Source of the DNA: Nitrospirota bacterium
GTDB lineage: Bacteria > Nitrospirota > UBA9217
DNA length: 64,000 bases
Direction of reading: 5' to 3'
Assembly (NCBI GenBank): GCA_963818475.1
Contig: CAWFSF010000002.1
Location: 786,497-850,496 of the forward strand
Shown one piece after another: positions 1 through 10,013 of this stretch. The notes below the pieces were generated by a model that saw only the letters and a list, made by a program, of their open reading frames with translations, did no database searches and was not told the origin of the DNA. The translations under genes and the position numbers were made by a program. The first letter of the stretch is position 1; every line of letters begins with the position of its first letter.

Positions 1-396
1 GTCCCGGGCGTAGGTTTCGTCATGCCCGATGAGGATGCCGTTCGTCTCCAGGATGAAGAGGTACTCTTCCGGGATCAGTTCGAGAACTTTGAGAAGATGC
101 TCGCGGCAGAGGGTGGGCTCGTTCCCGCTGATCCTGAGCCTCGTGAGCTTCTTTGCCTTCGCAATCCCGATGAGCCGGTGCGCAACGTCCCGGGGCGCGT
201 AGAAGGAGCCGACTATCTCCGGACGGGTGGTCACGTTCCATGACCAGCAGAAGACGCACCGGAGGTTGCAGCCCACGCAGTCCGCAGTCGCTATGCCTCC
301 GTAGAACTTTGCCGGCCTGAAGCGGTAGTATTTCCTCCGGTCTCCGCTGCAGACGATCGATTGGGTTGCTTCCGCTGTCTTCAGGGGATCGTACAT
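1..396 (-). CDS. Radical SAM protein (COG5014-like), 3' end runs off the window
   Basis: Own translation from ATG at 396: MYDPLKTAEATQSIVCSGDRRKYYRFRPAKFYGGIATADCVGCNLRCVFCWSW...RISGNEPTL...FILETNG. Contains CxxxCxxC, a GGEP-like motif and ETNG. Not in the ORF track because it is open to the window edge. Confidence 0.85.
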   Translation of the reverse strand, partial: MYDPLKTAEATQSIVCSGDRRKYYRFRPAKFYGGIATADCVGCNLRCVFCWSWNVTTRPEIVGSFYAPRDVAHRLIGIAKAKKLTRLRISGNEPTLCREHLLKVLELIPEEYLFILETNGILIGHDETYARD

Positions 397-621
397 TGCA
401 CCCCCATTTCTTTGGAGATAGTCGGTGCATAATCTGCACCTTGCCATAGAGCATCTTCCAGAATACGGCTATGACTATGATTTTATCACGGGAAAAAGAA
501 GAGAGACCGAAGGATTGTCCTCCCAATAACTTTCGAGAGACCGGAAAAATGCCTGTGCTATGATAGAAGAGGAGAACGGACCGTCCAGCTGAAGATGGCG
601 GTGAACGTCAAAGAGGACACC

Positions 622-1161
622 ATGCAGGAATGGAACGCGCTCATCAGCGTAAAGGAGCACGGCTTCAGGCAGGCCCTCGATGTGTTCGGCGAGTTCGGCG
701 AGGTAAAGCGCACCGAATTCTATAATATTATACTGCTTCGGGCCAGGGACGTCGCGCACATGCTCGAAACACTGCGCGAGCGCTCGCAGAAGTCACCGGA
801 GTTCCTTGCTTTTCTCGCCAGGCTCATTCCCATAACCAGGACATTCATCTTCAATTCGCCGGAAGAGTTCGAAGACCGTGCACGGAGCGCGGTCCTCGGC
901 TGGACGCCGCAGCTTTCAGGCAAATCGTTTTTCGTGCGCATCCACCGGCGCGGCTTCAAAGGCAGGCTCTCGACCATGGACGAGGAACGGGCACTCGACA
1001 CCCTGCTGTTGGAAGAACTGGAAAAAACAGGCAACCCCGGAAGGATCGCGTTCGAGGACCCTGACATGGTCATCGCCATAGAGACGGTGGGCCAGTGGGC
1101 CGGGCTTTCCCTCTTCACCAGGGAAGAGGGAAAGCGATATCCGTTTGTTCGCGTCGAATAA
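622..1161 (+). CDS. THUMP-domain RNA-binding protein
   Basis: KSFFVRIHRRG...IAFEDPDMVIAIE is THUMP-like. AGAGGA RBS precedes ATG 622 (ORF track starts at 595). Confidence 0.75.
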   Translation: MQEWNALISVKEHGFRQALDVFGEFGEVKRTEFYNIILLRARDVAHMLETLRERSQKSPEFLAFLARLIPITRTFIFNSPEEFEDRARSAVLGWTPQLSGKSFFVRIHRRGFKGRLSTMDEERALDTLLLEELEKTGNPGRIAFEDPDMVIAIETVGQWAGLSLFTREEGKRYPFVRVE

Positions 1162-1547
1162 TCGGAACCCGTGCCTTACTGTTCGGCCGGTTCCAAACGT
1201 CCTTCGTCCCTTTCTCTTTGCCTGACCGGTGAAGCAGCGTAGGGTCAGCTTTTTGGGCCATTCGCGGGAGAGGCATCGTCTCGCAGAGTGACAGCGGGAA
1301 GTCTTAAACTCTGGAGTTCCTGTGGCATGATTTGCAGAATGCTGCATGAAATAGTGATTCTCTGATATGTTCATTTCGCATTCACTTCTTCCTGTAGTCT
1401 GCGATCGATGCCGGTGATCAGATTGCGCACCTTACAAACTGTATCAGCGAATAGGTCGGCACTTGACGACGTGAATCATGGGTTGTGGTAAACTTTCCGT
1501 GTCTCACGAGAAATCTTATAATAACTTGTTCGCAAAGGAGACTCAAT

Positions 1548-2264
1548 ATGAACAAGGTTAGACGATTGTCAACAGCGACAGAGCAATTCGGACAAACAGC
1601 TGTGAAGATGTATAAGGGCCCTCTTGGCATTATTGCGCTCTTCATTGTCTTGATTCATGGCTTCGCTAGTATGGTGCTTGGATTCGCAGAGAACATCGGA
1701 GAGGAGAATCGCTCCATTCTAGTCTGGTTTCTGGTGCTGTTTCCCGTGTTTGTCTTCACGGTCTTCGCATGGCTTGTGAGTACTCGTCACCAGAAACTGT
1801 ATCCCCCAGGAGCTTTTCGGAATGAGGAGCTTTTCCGCGATCTGGCCTTGCCTTGGGGTGAGTCTGCTTTTGATATGCGGAACTCTTTAGCAAGCCCTCC
1901 TGAGAAAGCCACCTTGATTCCGAGCTATCTGGTGAACAGTGCGACGGGCAATTTGTATTGGCTGGGTCACGATCTCATGTGGACCGCGGACACGCTGCTG
2001 CGACAAGGCCCGGCGGAACAAGTCATTATCGGACTGGACCAAGCCTTACACCACCTAGTCCACGTGGGACTGGGGGAAACGCCATTCGAACTCGATCTAC
2101 AGGCCTTGCGTGCACAAATCCAGTCCTCGAAAGAGCTTTCGGCTTCGCTCCGAGACGAGTATGCAAACAAGATTGGCGCAATCATCGACAGAATAGGAGC
2201 GACACTGGAAGCGGCGCAGAGCGATTTCCAAGTGCCCCCGCATTGGAATCGCGTTCGAAGCTAG
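1548..2264 (+). CDS. Hypothetical membrane protein (2 N-terminal TM helices plus soluble domain)
   Basis: AGGAGA RBS before ATG 1548; two hydrophobic stretches (PLGIIALFIVLIHG, ILVWFLVLFPVFV). Confidence 0.6.
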   Translation: MNKVRRLSTATEQFGQTAVKMYKGPLGIIALFIVLIHGFASMVLGFAENIGEENRSILVWFLVLFPVFVFTVFAWLVSTRHQKLYPPGAFRNEELFRDLALPWGESAFDMRNSLASPPEKATLIPSYLVNSATGNLYWLGHDLMWTADTLLRQGPAEQVIIGLDQALHHLVHVGLGETPFELDLQALRAQIQSSKELSASLRDEYANKIGAIIDRIGATLEAAQSDFQVPPHWNRVRS

Positions 2265-2314
2265 TTGCCATTTGCTGGATAGGGCGAAGGAGGCTAGCGT
2301 CGTACGGGGACGGC

Positions 2315-2377
2315 CTCTGCAATCCCCTCATCCTCTCTCCTTCAGTTGCGTGAGCAAAGCAGGGTCCCTTTTCTCGG
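2315..2377 (-). repeat. 63-bp fragment of the group II intron (copy of 49781-49843)
   Basis: The reverse complement matches 49781-49843 with 2 mismatches. Confidence 0.9.
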
Positions 2378-2537
2378 ACATCGGGCGGGTGTTCCTGAAC
2401 ATCTGTGCAAGGTTCAGCCAACGAGGGTCGGCCATGATCTCCTCCAAGAAAGCGGGGCCTTAGTTGGGGTTATATGTGGGAGGTATATGTTAAGTAAAGA
2501 AAGAGTGGGAGAGAAGGAGGGGAGGGAGGGGGGGAGA

Positions 2538-2857
2538 GGTGACCTCCAGGATAAGCGTGATCTCCGTTGCCTGCTCCTTGCCCTCGGCTAGCGCGAGATG
2601 CACGGCCAGGCTGTGCGGCTGGCTATGGACCGAAATGATCGTTACGGGGTCAAGTACAGCATGCCATTGCCGAGTTTTTATTTCTCGACCTCCCGGGCAA
2701 CCTCCTGGACAGTGCCGATGTGTAAGCCCATTGCCGACAGGATTGCCATTCTCGATTCTTTCGAGATGAGGTGTCTCGTCCCGAAGATGTCGTAATACTC
2801 GGGTATGATGCCGACAAGTTCGGAGAGCTCGGCTATTATCTTATCGTAGTGTTCCAT
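2538..2857 (-). pseudogene. Truncated N-terminus of 4-alpha-glucanotransferase (MalQ-like)
   Basis: MEHYDKIIAELSELVGIIPEYYDIFGTRHLISKESRMAILSAMG resembles the MalQ N-terminal domain. It continues after a frameshift for about 45 codons and then ends. Confidence 0.6.
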
Positions 2858-3103
2858 ATAAAGAAAATAGTACCACGTCCTATCAAAATATGCTGACCAG
2901 GCGCGTTGCAAAAAAAGCGCTGCCGCTTCCCCCGGCGCATCCCCTGGGCCTGGGCGGCCTACGGCTGCTTCTCCGTGCTTGCCCGATCCTCGCGATCATG
3001 CTTGCCTTGGCAGGGTACCAATACGTGCTGCTCTGCGGCGCAGCGGCTCCAGGCCATCAAATATTAGCCAAAAATGGTATAATCACCGTCAAAGGAGAAA
3101 CTT

Positions 3104-3517
3104 ATGAAAACAACAGCGGGTTTGTGGATTGACCACAAAAAAGCAGTGATCGTGGTGGTTACAGCCAAAGGAGAGGAAATAAAACTGATAATATCAAAGG
3201 TTGAAAAACAGCCCGGACGTTCTGGTGGTGTACGTACTACGGCTCCCTATGAACAGCAAGTTCTGGCAGATGACAGTCTGGAGAGAGTGTTTAGGGGACA
3301 TCTTAACGTTTACTATGATGCAGTAATTGCGTGTATTCGTGGCGCAGAGGCTATCCTGATATTTGGTCCAGGTGAGGCAAAGGGCGAATTGAAAAAACGT
3401 ATCCAGAGAAGTAAGCTCAGCGGACGCATCGTAGGAATTGAAACTGTTGACAAGATGTCTCATCGTCAAATTTCAGCTAGAGTTCGACAGCACTTTTCAA
3501 ATAGAGTTCGGCAATAG
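3104..3517 (+). CDS. eRF1/pelota domain-2-like (host-attachment-like) protein
   Basis: GLWIDHKKAVIV and ILIFGPGEAKGEL motifs; AAGGAG RBS; followed by an attC-like site. Confidence 0.7.
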   Translation: MKTTAGLWIDHKKAVIVVVTAKGEEIKLIISKVEKQPGRSGGVRTTAPYEQQVLADDSLERVFRGHLNVYYDAVIACIRGAEAILIFGPGEAKGELKKRIQRSKLSGRIVGIETVDKMSHRQISARVRQHFSNRVRQ

Positions 3518-3534
3518 GATCGAGATAGAAGAAC

Positions 3535-3594
3535 CGACGAGGAACTGCAGTGGACGCGAATAGGCCGTGCCGCTGAACGTTCCAGTCGTTGATC
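3535..3594 (+). mobile_element. Degenerate attC-like site
   Basis: GACGA-GGAAC-TG-CAGTGG-ACGCG / CGTG-CCGCTG-AAC-GTTCC-AG-TCGTT imperfect palindrome ending in GTT, just after a stop codon. Confidence 0.55.
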
Positions 3595-3866
3595 GTCAAT
3601 GATTTAAAATCCTCGAAATCGCTCGGCAGTAAGTGTTTATCATAAATCCAAACAGAATCTATCAGAAGTGAAAAATACCGGCTGAAGTATGTAGCGCATT
3701 ATCCTTCCTGGACTCGGTATAGATGCATTTCTTTGAAACATATCGCGTTACATTCTGCACTAGTTGGAATTCCTTTAAAATACTCATTGCTGACGATGAT
3801 ATACGCTTAAATAAGACGTATAGCTTATCGCCTCTCGCGGTTCTGAAGGTCATCGGAGGAATACTA

Positions 3867-4550
3867 ATGAAACTTATTCTGTCATCTATCGTTGCTTTAT
3901 CTTTTTTATGCCTAACCATGGAACTACAAGCACAAGAAAATCATTTATTTTATAATTGTATTAAAGATGCATATAGGGACTCAAATTTAAACTATAATTT
4001 AAAAAGTAGAACGCACATTGTATAGTAAGAGGCCAAAACCACAAGATTCACTTGATCAGAGCGGCCTGAATGCGGAAATTCCCACTCCAAAAAACAAAGA
4101 AGAAGAACTAATCCAAAGACAAACCATTGAAGCTTTGTACCGCCAATTTTTTAGAAACGTTAAAGCAGGAAAACAATATTATCCTATCAGTGAGATAAAA
4201 AAACTGTATGGTATGACACCGGAAGCACGTATAGGTGTTTCTTCGGGAGGATACTACCGATTATTTGTTGCATACTGGACATTAAAGGCTAAGTTAAGGG
4301 AATATCAAGAAACAAATATTGAAAAGAATGGATACGCTAATATTTACTATGTTGACAATTTACTCTTTTTTGTAGAGTCAACCTTGGCTGGAGCTTTTTT
4401 CCCAACTCTGGTCCTGCGCAGATTCCTGAGTCTTTACGCCGTCAAGGAATTCAACAGATGTTAAATGCCTTTGCCCCGAATATGACAATAAAGGAACTCT
4501 ATGAAGGGGCAGATGCTCAAAAGGCTAGATGGCCGGTTCTAAAATAATAA
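3867..4550 (+). CDS. AT-rich secreted hypothetical protein, probably one ORF split by frameshifts (3867-4025, 4018-4464 and beyond); end approximate
   Basis: Signal peptide MKLILSSIVALSFLCL with GGAGGA RBS; overlapping ORFs on the same strand. Confidence 0.45.
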
Positions 4551-4728
4551 GCAGATAACCAATTACTACACTGAATGCAGTGAGTGCATCATTGAGTCTG
4601 TAGAATAAATCATTTTGGACGAAATAAGCCTTAAGAACATCAAATACTTATGAACCACAAAAATGTGAATCTTGGGCTTTTTCTGCAGACTCGTTGGGCA
4701 ACACTCACGCTCACGAAAGGATAACCGT

Positions 4729-4926
4729 ATGTCTTTGCCGCAAGACTTCTGGGAACAACTACCAGAGAGGACGGATGAGGAATTGTATGGCATGCTTGCT
4801 CACCCAGACGACTACCGGCCAGAAGCTCTCGAAGCGGCGAAAGAGGAGCTTCGTAAACGCAATCTCGCGCCGGTGCGGACGGCCCAGCTTGAAGCCGTTG
4901 CTCAGTCACAAAAGACAGTGAGGTAG
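4729..4926 (+). CDS. Small hypothetical cassette protein
   Basis: MSLPQDFWEQLPERTDEELY...Y.PEALEAAKEEL.KR; stop codon immediately before an attC-like site. Confidence 0.55.
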   Translation: MSLPQDFWEQLPERTDEELYGMLAHPDDYRPEALEAAKEELRKRNLAPVRTAQLEAVAQSQKTVR

Positions 4927-4928
4927 GG

Positions 4929-5051
4929 GCACAACAAAGTTGGTTTAGCGAACCGCTGCCTATCTTTTTCGTTCGACGCCGGGCAGTAATTTGAGAGTGT
5001 ATGCGCTCCACCGTCCCTTTTGGCGGCGGTCGCTCACCCCTATCGTTCTTG
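4929..5051 (+). mobile_element. attC-like site (long)
   Basis: GCACAAC ... AGCGAACCGCTGCC / GGCGGCGGTCGCT ... GTT; AAC and GTT ends with a paired inner stem. Confidence 0.6.
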
Positions 5052-5068
5052 CCGTCGCTTCGCGTCGA

Positions 5069-5183
5069 CAAGAACCCCCGGGTGATCGGCTGAACCGTTC
5101 TTTCTGGAAAACAGCGCGGAGGAGCAACCGGTTCGATACCGCCTTTGCTCCTGCCGGGCAAGCCGATCACCCGGGGGTTAGTG
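5069..5183 (+). mobile_element. attC-like site
   Basis: Perfect 19-bp IR AACCCCCGGGTGATCGGCT / AGCCGATCACCCGGGGGTT, ending GTTAGTG. Confidence 0.65.
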
Positions 5184-5417
5184 TTTCATACCGGTGATTC
5201 TGGCTAAAAATGAGGAGGCATGCCAATGGAATTTCGTCACGGTCCCTTTTGGAAGGACTTTTTTTTTATGCTGGCGATTGGCGTGGCTGTCACTATAATC
5301 AGATCAATATATTAGAGTGCGAGAAAGAAATCGGAGAATGAAAAAGAACACAATTACGTAGGTAAATCAGGAATAGGTCTGACGCTGAGAAATATATTGG
5401 AAGACTAATTAGCACGC

Positions 5418-5984
5418 ATGAATATGAGAAGAAACCCAAAAGGACAGGAAGGTTTAACCGAGAAGCAAAAAGCACTTTATGATACTATCAAATCCATCGA
5501 CAACGACCATCCTGGTGAATTGATCAGTAATAAGCAAATTACAGAAAAATATCAACGCAGTCACGGTCCACTTAACCTCCTACCGACGGATTTTTGCTAT
5601 AACTTAGTAAATGTAGGTCCCGATTTTGTAGCAAAATTTTTGATGAGCGTTGAAAAAGGAATGTTTAGATTTGTTGATTTTCAGTGGCAAGCAAAAGATG
5701 ATCATGTGGATATAACATGGACGCCCAAGGGCAAAGATGTGCCTGAAGAACTGAAGGGGAAATTTTTTTCGGTAGGCATGTACCACAAAGGTGAATATAG
5801 CTGGAACTTTTCGGATCTTACCAGTCAATTCCAACACTCCCCCCGTTACGCAGACTCTATAAAAGTCGATAAAGAAATTAAGGCACAGACAAAACCCTCA
5901 TCTTGTGAACAGTGCGGTCATACTGATTTTACATTCGATGGCTTTGAATATTCTTGCGTCAAATGTGGATGGAAAACTATATAG
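5418..5984 (+). CDS. Hypothetical cassette protein with C-terminal zinc ribbon
   Basis: LPTDFCYN motif; CxxC-x12-CxxC at the C-terminus; AT-rich; attC-like site downstream. Confidence 0.65.
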   Translation: MNMRRNPKGQEGLTEKQKALYDTIKSIDNDHPGELISNKQITEKYQRSHGPLNLLPTDFCYNLVNVGPDFVAKFLMSVEKGMFRFVDFQWQAKDDHVDITWTPKGKDVPEELKGKFFSVGMYHKGEYSWNFSDLTSQFQHSPRYADSIKVDKEIKAQTKPSSCEQCGHTDFTFDGFEYSCVKCGWKTI

Positions 5985-6011
5985 TTAATAGGTATGTCCA
6001 AAAAGATTATG

Positions 6012-6074
6012 TTCTAACGAAAACGTTCGAGAGGGTCGGTCAAGAAACGCCCGCCCCTCAACTCATTGTTATCT
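6012..6074 (+). mobile_element. attC-like site
   Basis: TTCTAAC...GTTCGAGAGGGTCGG / CCGCCCCTCAAC...GTTATCT. Confidence 0.7.
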
Positions 6075-6195
6075 TTGAAAGGAATGGGGCTTGCGTCTTC
6101 ACTATTCAGCTTGTGATGATGCAGCAAAGCAAGTGAAACGAAGCGACTACTTAAAAACAATTGAAGGTCAGGTCGGCCTTAGGCGAAAGCGCAGG

Positions 6196-7423
6196 ATGCA
6201 CAGATTGCACTTCATGCTTGATGGTCAGGAACCGCAAAGCAAGAAAGCTATTTCTGAAGCAGAGAAAGAAGCTTTTCAAAATGCCATCCTGAATAAAATG
6301 GTAGAGCGGAAACGCAGGCACTTCAAGGCTCCAGTAGCAATTGAATTCGACTTTTTTCCAACCAAAAATAATCCACCTGCTTTACATACAATGCCAAAAA
6401 ATTATCTCGACCTGCTTGAGGGACCCCGCGCAGGTGTCGCTTCTAAACGCAAACGAATTGTTTTTGAAAATGATAGGCAGGTCAGTTACTTGGCGGCAAA
6501 GTACCACTTACCCATAGACCAGTCTGGACCAAGCATCTGGTTAAAGGTGGCACCTTACCGGAATTTTGTTGCTGACATTGCATTACTAGACAAGATTCAG
6601 CGAGAGGAGCTGAAATCAGCGTCGGGTGGGCATGTTAATCAAAGACCATCATGGGGTGATCTGCTTGAGAATGACGACGATGCCAGGCAGAACTATGATC
6701 CTGTTGAACAATTGCGGGAGCATGAAAATAATAAACAATTCTGGGTCTCACGTTTCGGCCAGGATGTTTATGAAGCATGGCGTGAGATGCATATGCGGGA
6801 CGTTCAGGATCAACTTTTAAAAACACTTGCATTGACTCCTGGCAAATTTATCAGCTTATTGTCACCTCTTTTTTCCGAACAACCGCCGGAACTTGAGAGG
6901 ATGCATGGGATAGACTGAACTCGATCAAGTGAACCTTTTGCTATTGATTTGAAGCATTCAAATCTTGCAGAAGGTGAATCGTCACAGTACAAGGCTTTCG
7001 TAAAACGCACAATGGCTTCCTATAGAGAAAAACACAGCGGCCTGTTTCCGCTAATAGCTCAAGTTGGCATAACAATACTTTTCAGCCACCCGCAACGGGC
7101 GGCATCGATCTCGACAATCTCGCTCGAAGAATTGTACCCTTTGTAAACGAAGAGTTAAAGCCGCCAGCAGTCTCCTAATGACCGTTAATTCTGACCGATG
7201 TACAGATTCCAATCTGAGGCAGTGGTATCAGGAAAAGCAGAGCGCGATTAAGAAAATGCCCAAGCACTCGATCACCCATTACCAAGTTGTTCAACTGCCA
7301 CGTCTCACCACTGATAGTCAGAATGGTTTTGTTCGACTCATTTTAGAGCCAGGTGAACACGTCGAGAGCCTCTGGAGCAAAGTAGAGAACTTGGCAGATA
7401 AGTGGCTGGACAATTTCACTTGA
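6196..7423 (+). CDS. Protein with two RusA-like segments, split by apparent frameshifts
   Basis: PVAIEFDFFP...KNYLDLL...ENDRQV, then in a shifted frame GITILF...GGIDLDNLARRIVP. ORFs 6091-6918, 6949-7146 and 7178-7423 are contiguous. Confidence 0.5.
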
Positions 7424-7518
7424 TAATTCACTTGATAGTAGACAAAATAATTCAGTTTTTTCAATGTTGATAACTTGGAGTGGAAGGATTGGCAGAACCA
7501 AGTAGAACCCGACAATAA

Positions 7519-7578
7519 TTCTAACCATTCGGCTTGAGAGGGTCGCGAAAACCGCGTCCCTCAGCTGTGCCGTTCTTC
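7519..7578 (+). mobile_element. attC-like site
   Basis: TTCTAAC-CATTCGGCTTGAGAGGGTCGCG-AAAAC-CGCGTCCCTCAGCTG-TGCCGTT; similar to the site at 6012. Confidence 0.7.
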
Positions 7579-7626
7579 ATGTTTCAAGCCGGAACTCTTA
7601 TTCCGCCATTCTATCGCGTAGGGGAC

Positions 7627-7702
7627 CTTGGGGACGTTGTTACTTAGCTTGCATAACTGAGTTCTATACACTGAAAGCAATGTAAGTAACAACGTCCCCA
7701 AG
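7627..7702. repeat. MITE/REP-like element with 20-bp perfect inverted repeat
   Basis: CTTGGGGACGTTGTTACTTA (7627-7646) / TAAGTAACAACGTCCCCAAG (7683-7702). Confidence 0.75.
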
Positions 7703-7814
7703 TCTCCGAAAATATTTGGTCAACAAAATTCAGCGACAAATAGACCGAATAATAAGAACAGGTGAATGGTTGTCAAAAATAAATCAACCACCTGATTAGC
7801 ACTAGTGGGTTTGC

Positions 7815-7873
7815 TAATAACCAGCGGCTCAAGACCGACGCGCAGAAACGCGCGTCTTAGCCGCGCGTTCATG
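7815..7873 (+). mobile_element. attC-like site
   Basis: TAATAAC-CA-GCGGCTCAAGAC-CGACGCG / CGCGCGTCTTAGCCGC-GC-GTT, with an extrahelical base as in attC sites. Confidence 0.7.
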
Positions 7874-8149
7874 TGCAATTTACAACCTGTAGTTGTTGGT
7901 TGTTTCGCTTAATGGAAATTACAACCTTGTGCTGTTTGGATCGACGAGGCTAGCGAGAAAGCGGTGAATACCGTTTGAAGTGTACAGTCGAAAGTCCATC
8001 CTGTTCCTTTTGTATAGAGGTTGGTAAAATTCTTGTGGAGTACAAACTGAACTTAGCAAAGAGGGGACCGCTGCTAAGCGGCTCACACGTGCGCTAGACA
8101 CTGATCTCCGGAGCATGGCAACGGTCGTAAATTGTGGGAGGAAAGAGCA

Positions 8150-8581
8150 ATGAATACAAAAGAGACGCTCGATTACGGATGGCGTTGGTTCGAGTACCAC
8201 GCGGGGCAGAGAATGGCTGCGTTTCGATTCTTCCTTATTCTGTTAGCAGCTCTTGTGCTGGGTGTTACAACTGCGTTCAAAGATGGAGAATTCCATCTAA
8301 TGTCGACGCTCGCAGCGTTTGGATCTTTCATATCCTTCGCCTTTCTGATGCTAGAAATTCGAAACGAAAACTTGGTCAATATAGGGCGGAAAGCCTTGAT
8401 CCATATCGAGGCTTCTGACGAATCTCTTAAATCAACTCCGATACTCCAGCTATTCCACATTGACCAAAAGCGGAAATTTTTTATAAGCCACAAGTGCTGG
8501 TTTAGGGTGATCTATTTGGTGTGCATAGTGCTTTTCTTATTAATTGCTGTAGACCCGGCAATCGTTATCTCGCCGCGGTGA
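8150..8581 (+). CDS. Small membrane protein (3 TM), cassette-like
   Basis: W..FEYHAGQR...FRFF followed by hydrophobic helices. Confidence 0.65.
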   Translation: MNTKETLDYGWRWFEYHAGQRMAAFRFFLILLAALVLGVTTAFKDGEFHLMSTLAAFGSFISFAFLMLEIRNENLVNIGRKALIHIEASDESLKSTPILQLFHIDQKRKFFISHKCWFRVIYLVCIVLFLLIAVDPAIVISPR

Positions 8582-8660
8582 AGCCAGCGAACTGTACCGT
8601 GCGGCTGACATGTTTAGAGCCCATCACCCGTATCAACTATGCGGAGAAGATGTGGATTCA

Positions 8661-8943
8661 AGTGAACACGCCGAAGAGGGAAAATCTTGCCTGGCGAGGC
8701 GAAAGGTCCTTTTCCCGTGACCCGTCTTAGTGCGTGTGTTTTGCAAAGATCTCTTCGAGCCCGATGTACTGGTCGAATGTCTCTCTCATTTCGGCCGCCA
8801 GATCAGCCGAAGACAACAGGCCTACTACTTTTCCGCTCTCCGTCACCGGCAGCCTGTGGATATGAGCCTTGTTCATCACTCTCAGGGCGGTCTCAACATC
8901 TGCATCGGAATTGATCGTTACAGGGTTCGGTCATGACGTCGCG
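8661..8943. repeat. ~285-bp direct repeat of 10437-10722 (3' half of the CBS gene plus downstream DNA)
   Basis: Near-identical from aagtgaacacg to catgacgtcgcg, with scattered substitutions. Confidence 0.9.
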
Positions 8944-9199
8944 AAAATATAAATCCTTCATACTGTCGATGGTTGAGGGCATCAAGACAGACTCTAAGTG
9001 CAGTGAACCGTAAACAATCTAACTTTGCGGCCAAGCGGACGCCATGTTACAGTCTTCCGGATGTACCCGGCATCACCACACAATATAGAAAGATCGGTGT
9101 GAGATGCAGGCTCGGCTGCTTTGCATGAAGAGCTGGTGAGAAAGGAGCAAAATTATGAAAAGACAATCGGCAGTCGATCAAAAAGGCGGCGCTCGTTAT

Positions 9200-9904
9200 A
9201 TGAAGAGCCTATTGACATTTCTGATCGTTATGATCTTTCTTGTTCTTACCGGGTGCGCTACGATGACGGGCGCCGATTTTGTGAAGCCCATCGCGCTTAA
9301 TGATAAAACAAATGCGCTGGATCTCCAGAAGGAGTCCGTAGCCCTCTTAACGCTAAAGACTTCGAATCAGTACAAGCCGGGATACCAGCCGGATGTGTGG
9401 GGAATTTACGTTCTCACTAACGATGGAAAAGAGAAAAAAGAAATTTACAGATTCGGCCCCAAAGTTTATAGCTTAACACCATATGACAAAGTTAAGAAGG
9501 AGTTCAATGAATATCTGGTCAGCATTAGTCTTCCTGCCGGAAAATATAAGCTGAGACATATAAACGGCACGGGCGGAGTTGTTCCTGTCCGCGGGAACTT
9601 TGTCATTCCTGTGTACTCCGATTTCGATCTAGCGCCGAACAAAGTAATTTACCTGGGCAGGATCGAGGCAACGCTTAGAGAGAGAAAGAGCGACGACGAG
9701 TTGAGAGCGGGTCTTGCAATGCCGCTCATTGATCAGGCGGCGTCGGGTTTTTACTCAGGGACGTTCGATATCAACATCTACGATAATTATGAAAAGGACG
9801 TTTCCCTGTTTAAGAAGGAGTATCCTATACTCAATAGCTTTACCATTGAGAAGCTTGTCCTCTCTCCCTGGAAGAAACCGACGGAAGAAGAGTTGAAGAA
9901 TTAG
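9200..9904 (+). CDS. Hypothetical lipoprotein
   Basis: MKSLLTFLIVMIFLVLTGC lipobox; LPAGKY and NKVIYLG beta-sandwich motifs; start follows GTTATAT (attC-end-like). Confidence 0.75.
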   Translation: MKSLLTFLIVMIFLVLTGCATMTGADFVKPIALNDKTNALDLQKESVALLTLKTSNQYKPGYQPDVWGIYVLTNDGKEKKEIYRFGPKVYSLTPYDKVKKEFNEYLVSISLPAGKYKLRHINGTGGVVPVRGNFVIPVYSDFDLAPNKVIYLGRIEATLRERKSDDELRAGLAMPLIDQAASGFYSGTFDINIYDNYEKDVSLFKKEYPILNSFTIEKLVLSPWKKPTEEELKN

Positions 9905-10013
9905 GGGAGCCAGCTTTTTCCCGTCCCACCAATCTGCTTTGAGAAGGGATTTACTCGGGACTATGAGCTGTGGTTTTTTTGGGATAGGTAAAAATGCGAA
10001 GAGAGAATATTTT

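Noticed and set aside
20-526. 168-aa minus-strand ORF from the track
   Set aside because: Wrong frame; the real gene is the radical SAM frame starting at 396.
8050-9050. Additional attC sites near 8055-8100 and 9017-9050
   Set aside because: Only half-sites or weak pairing; a full AAC...GTT stem could not be supported.
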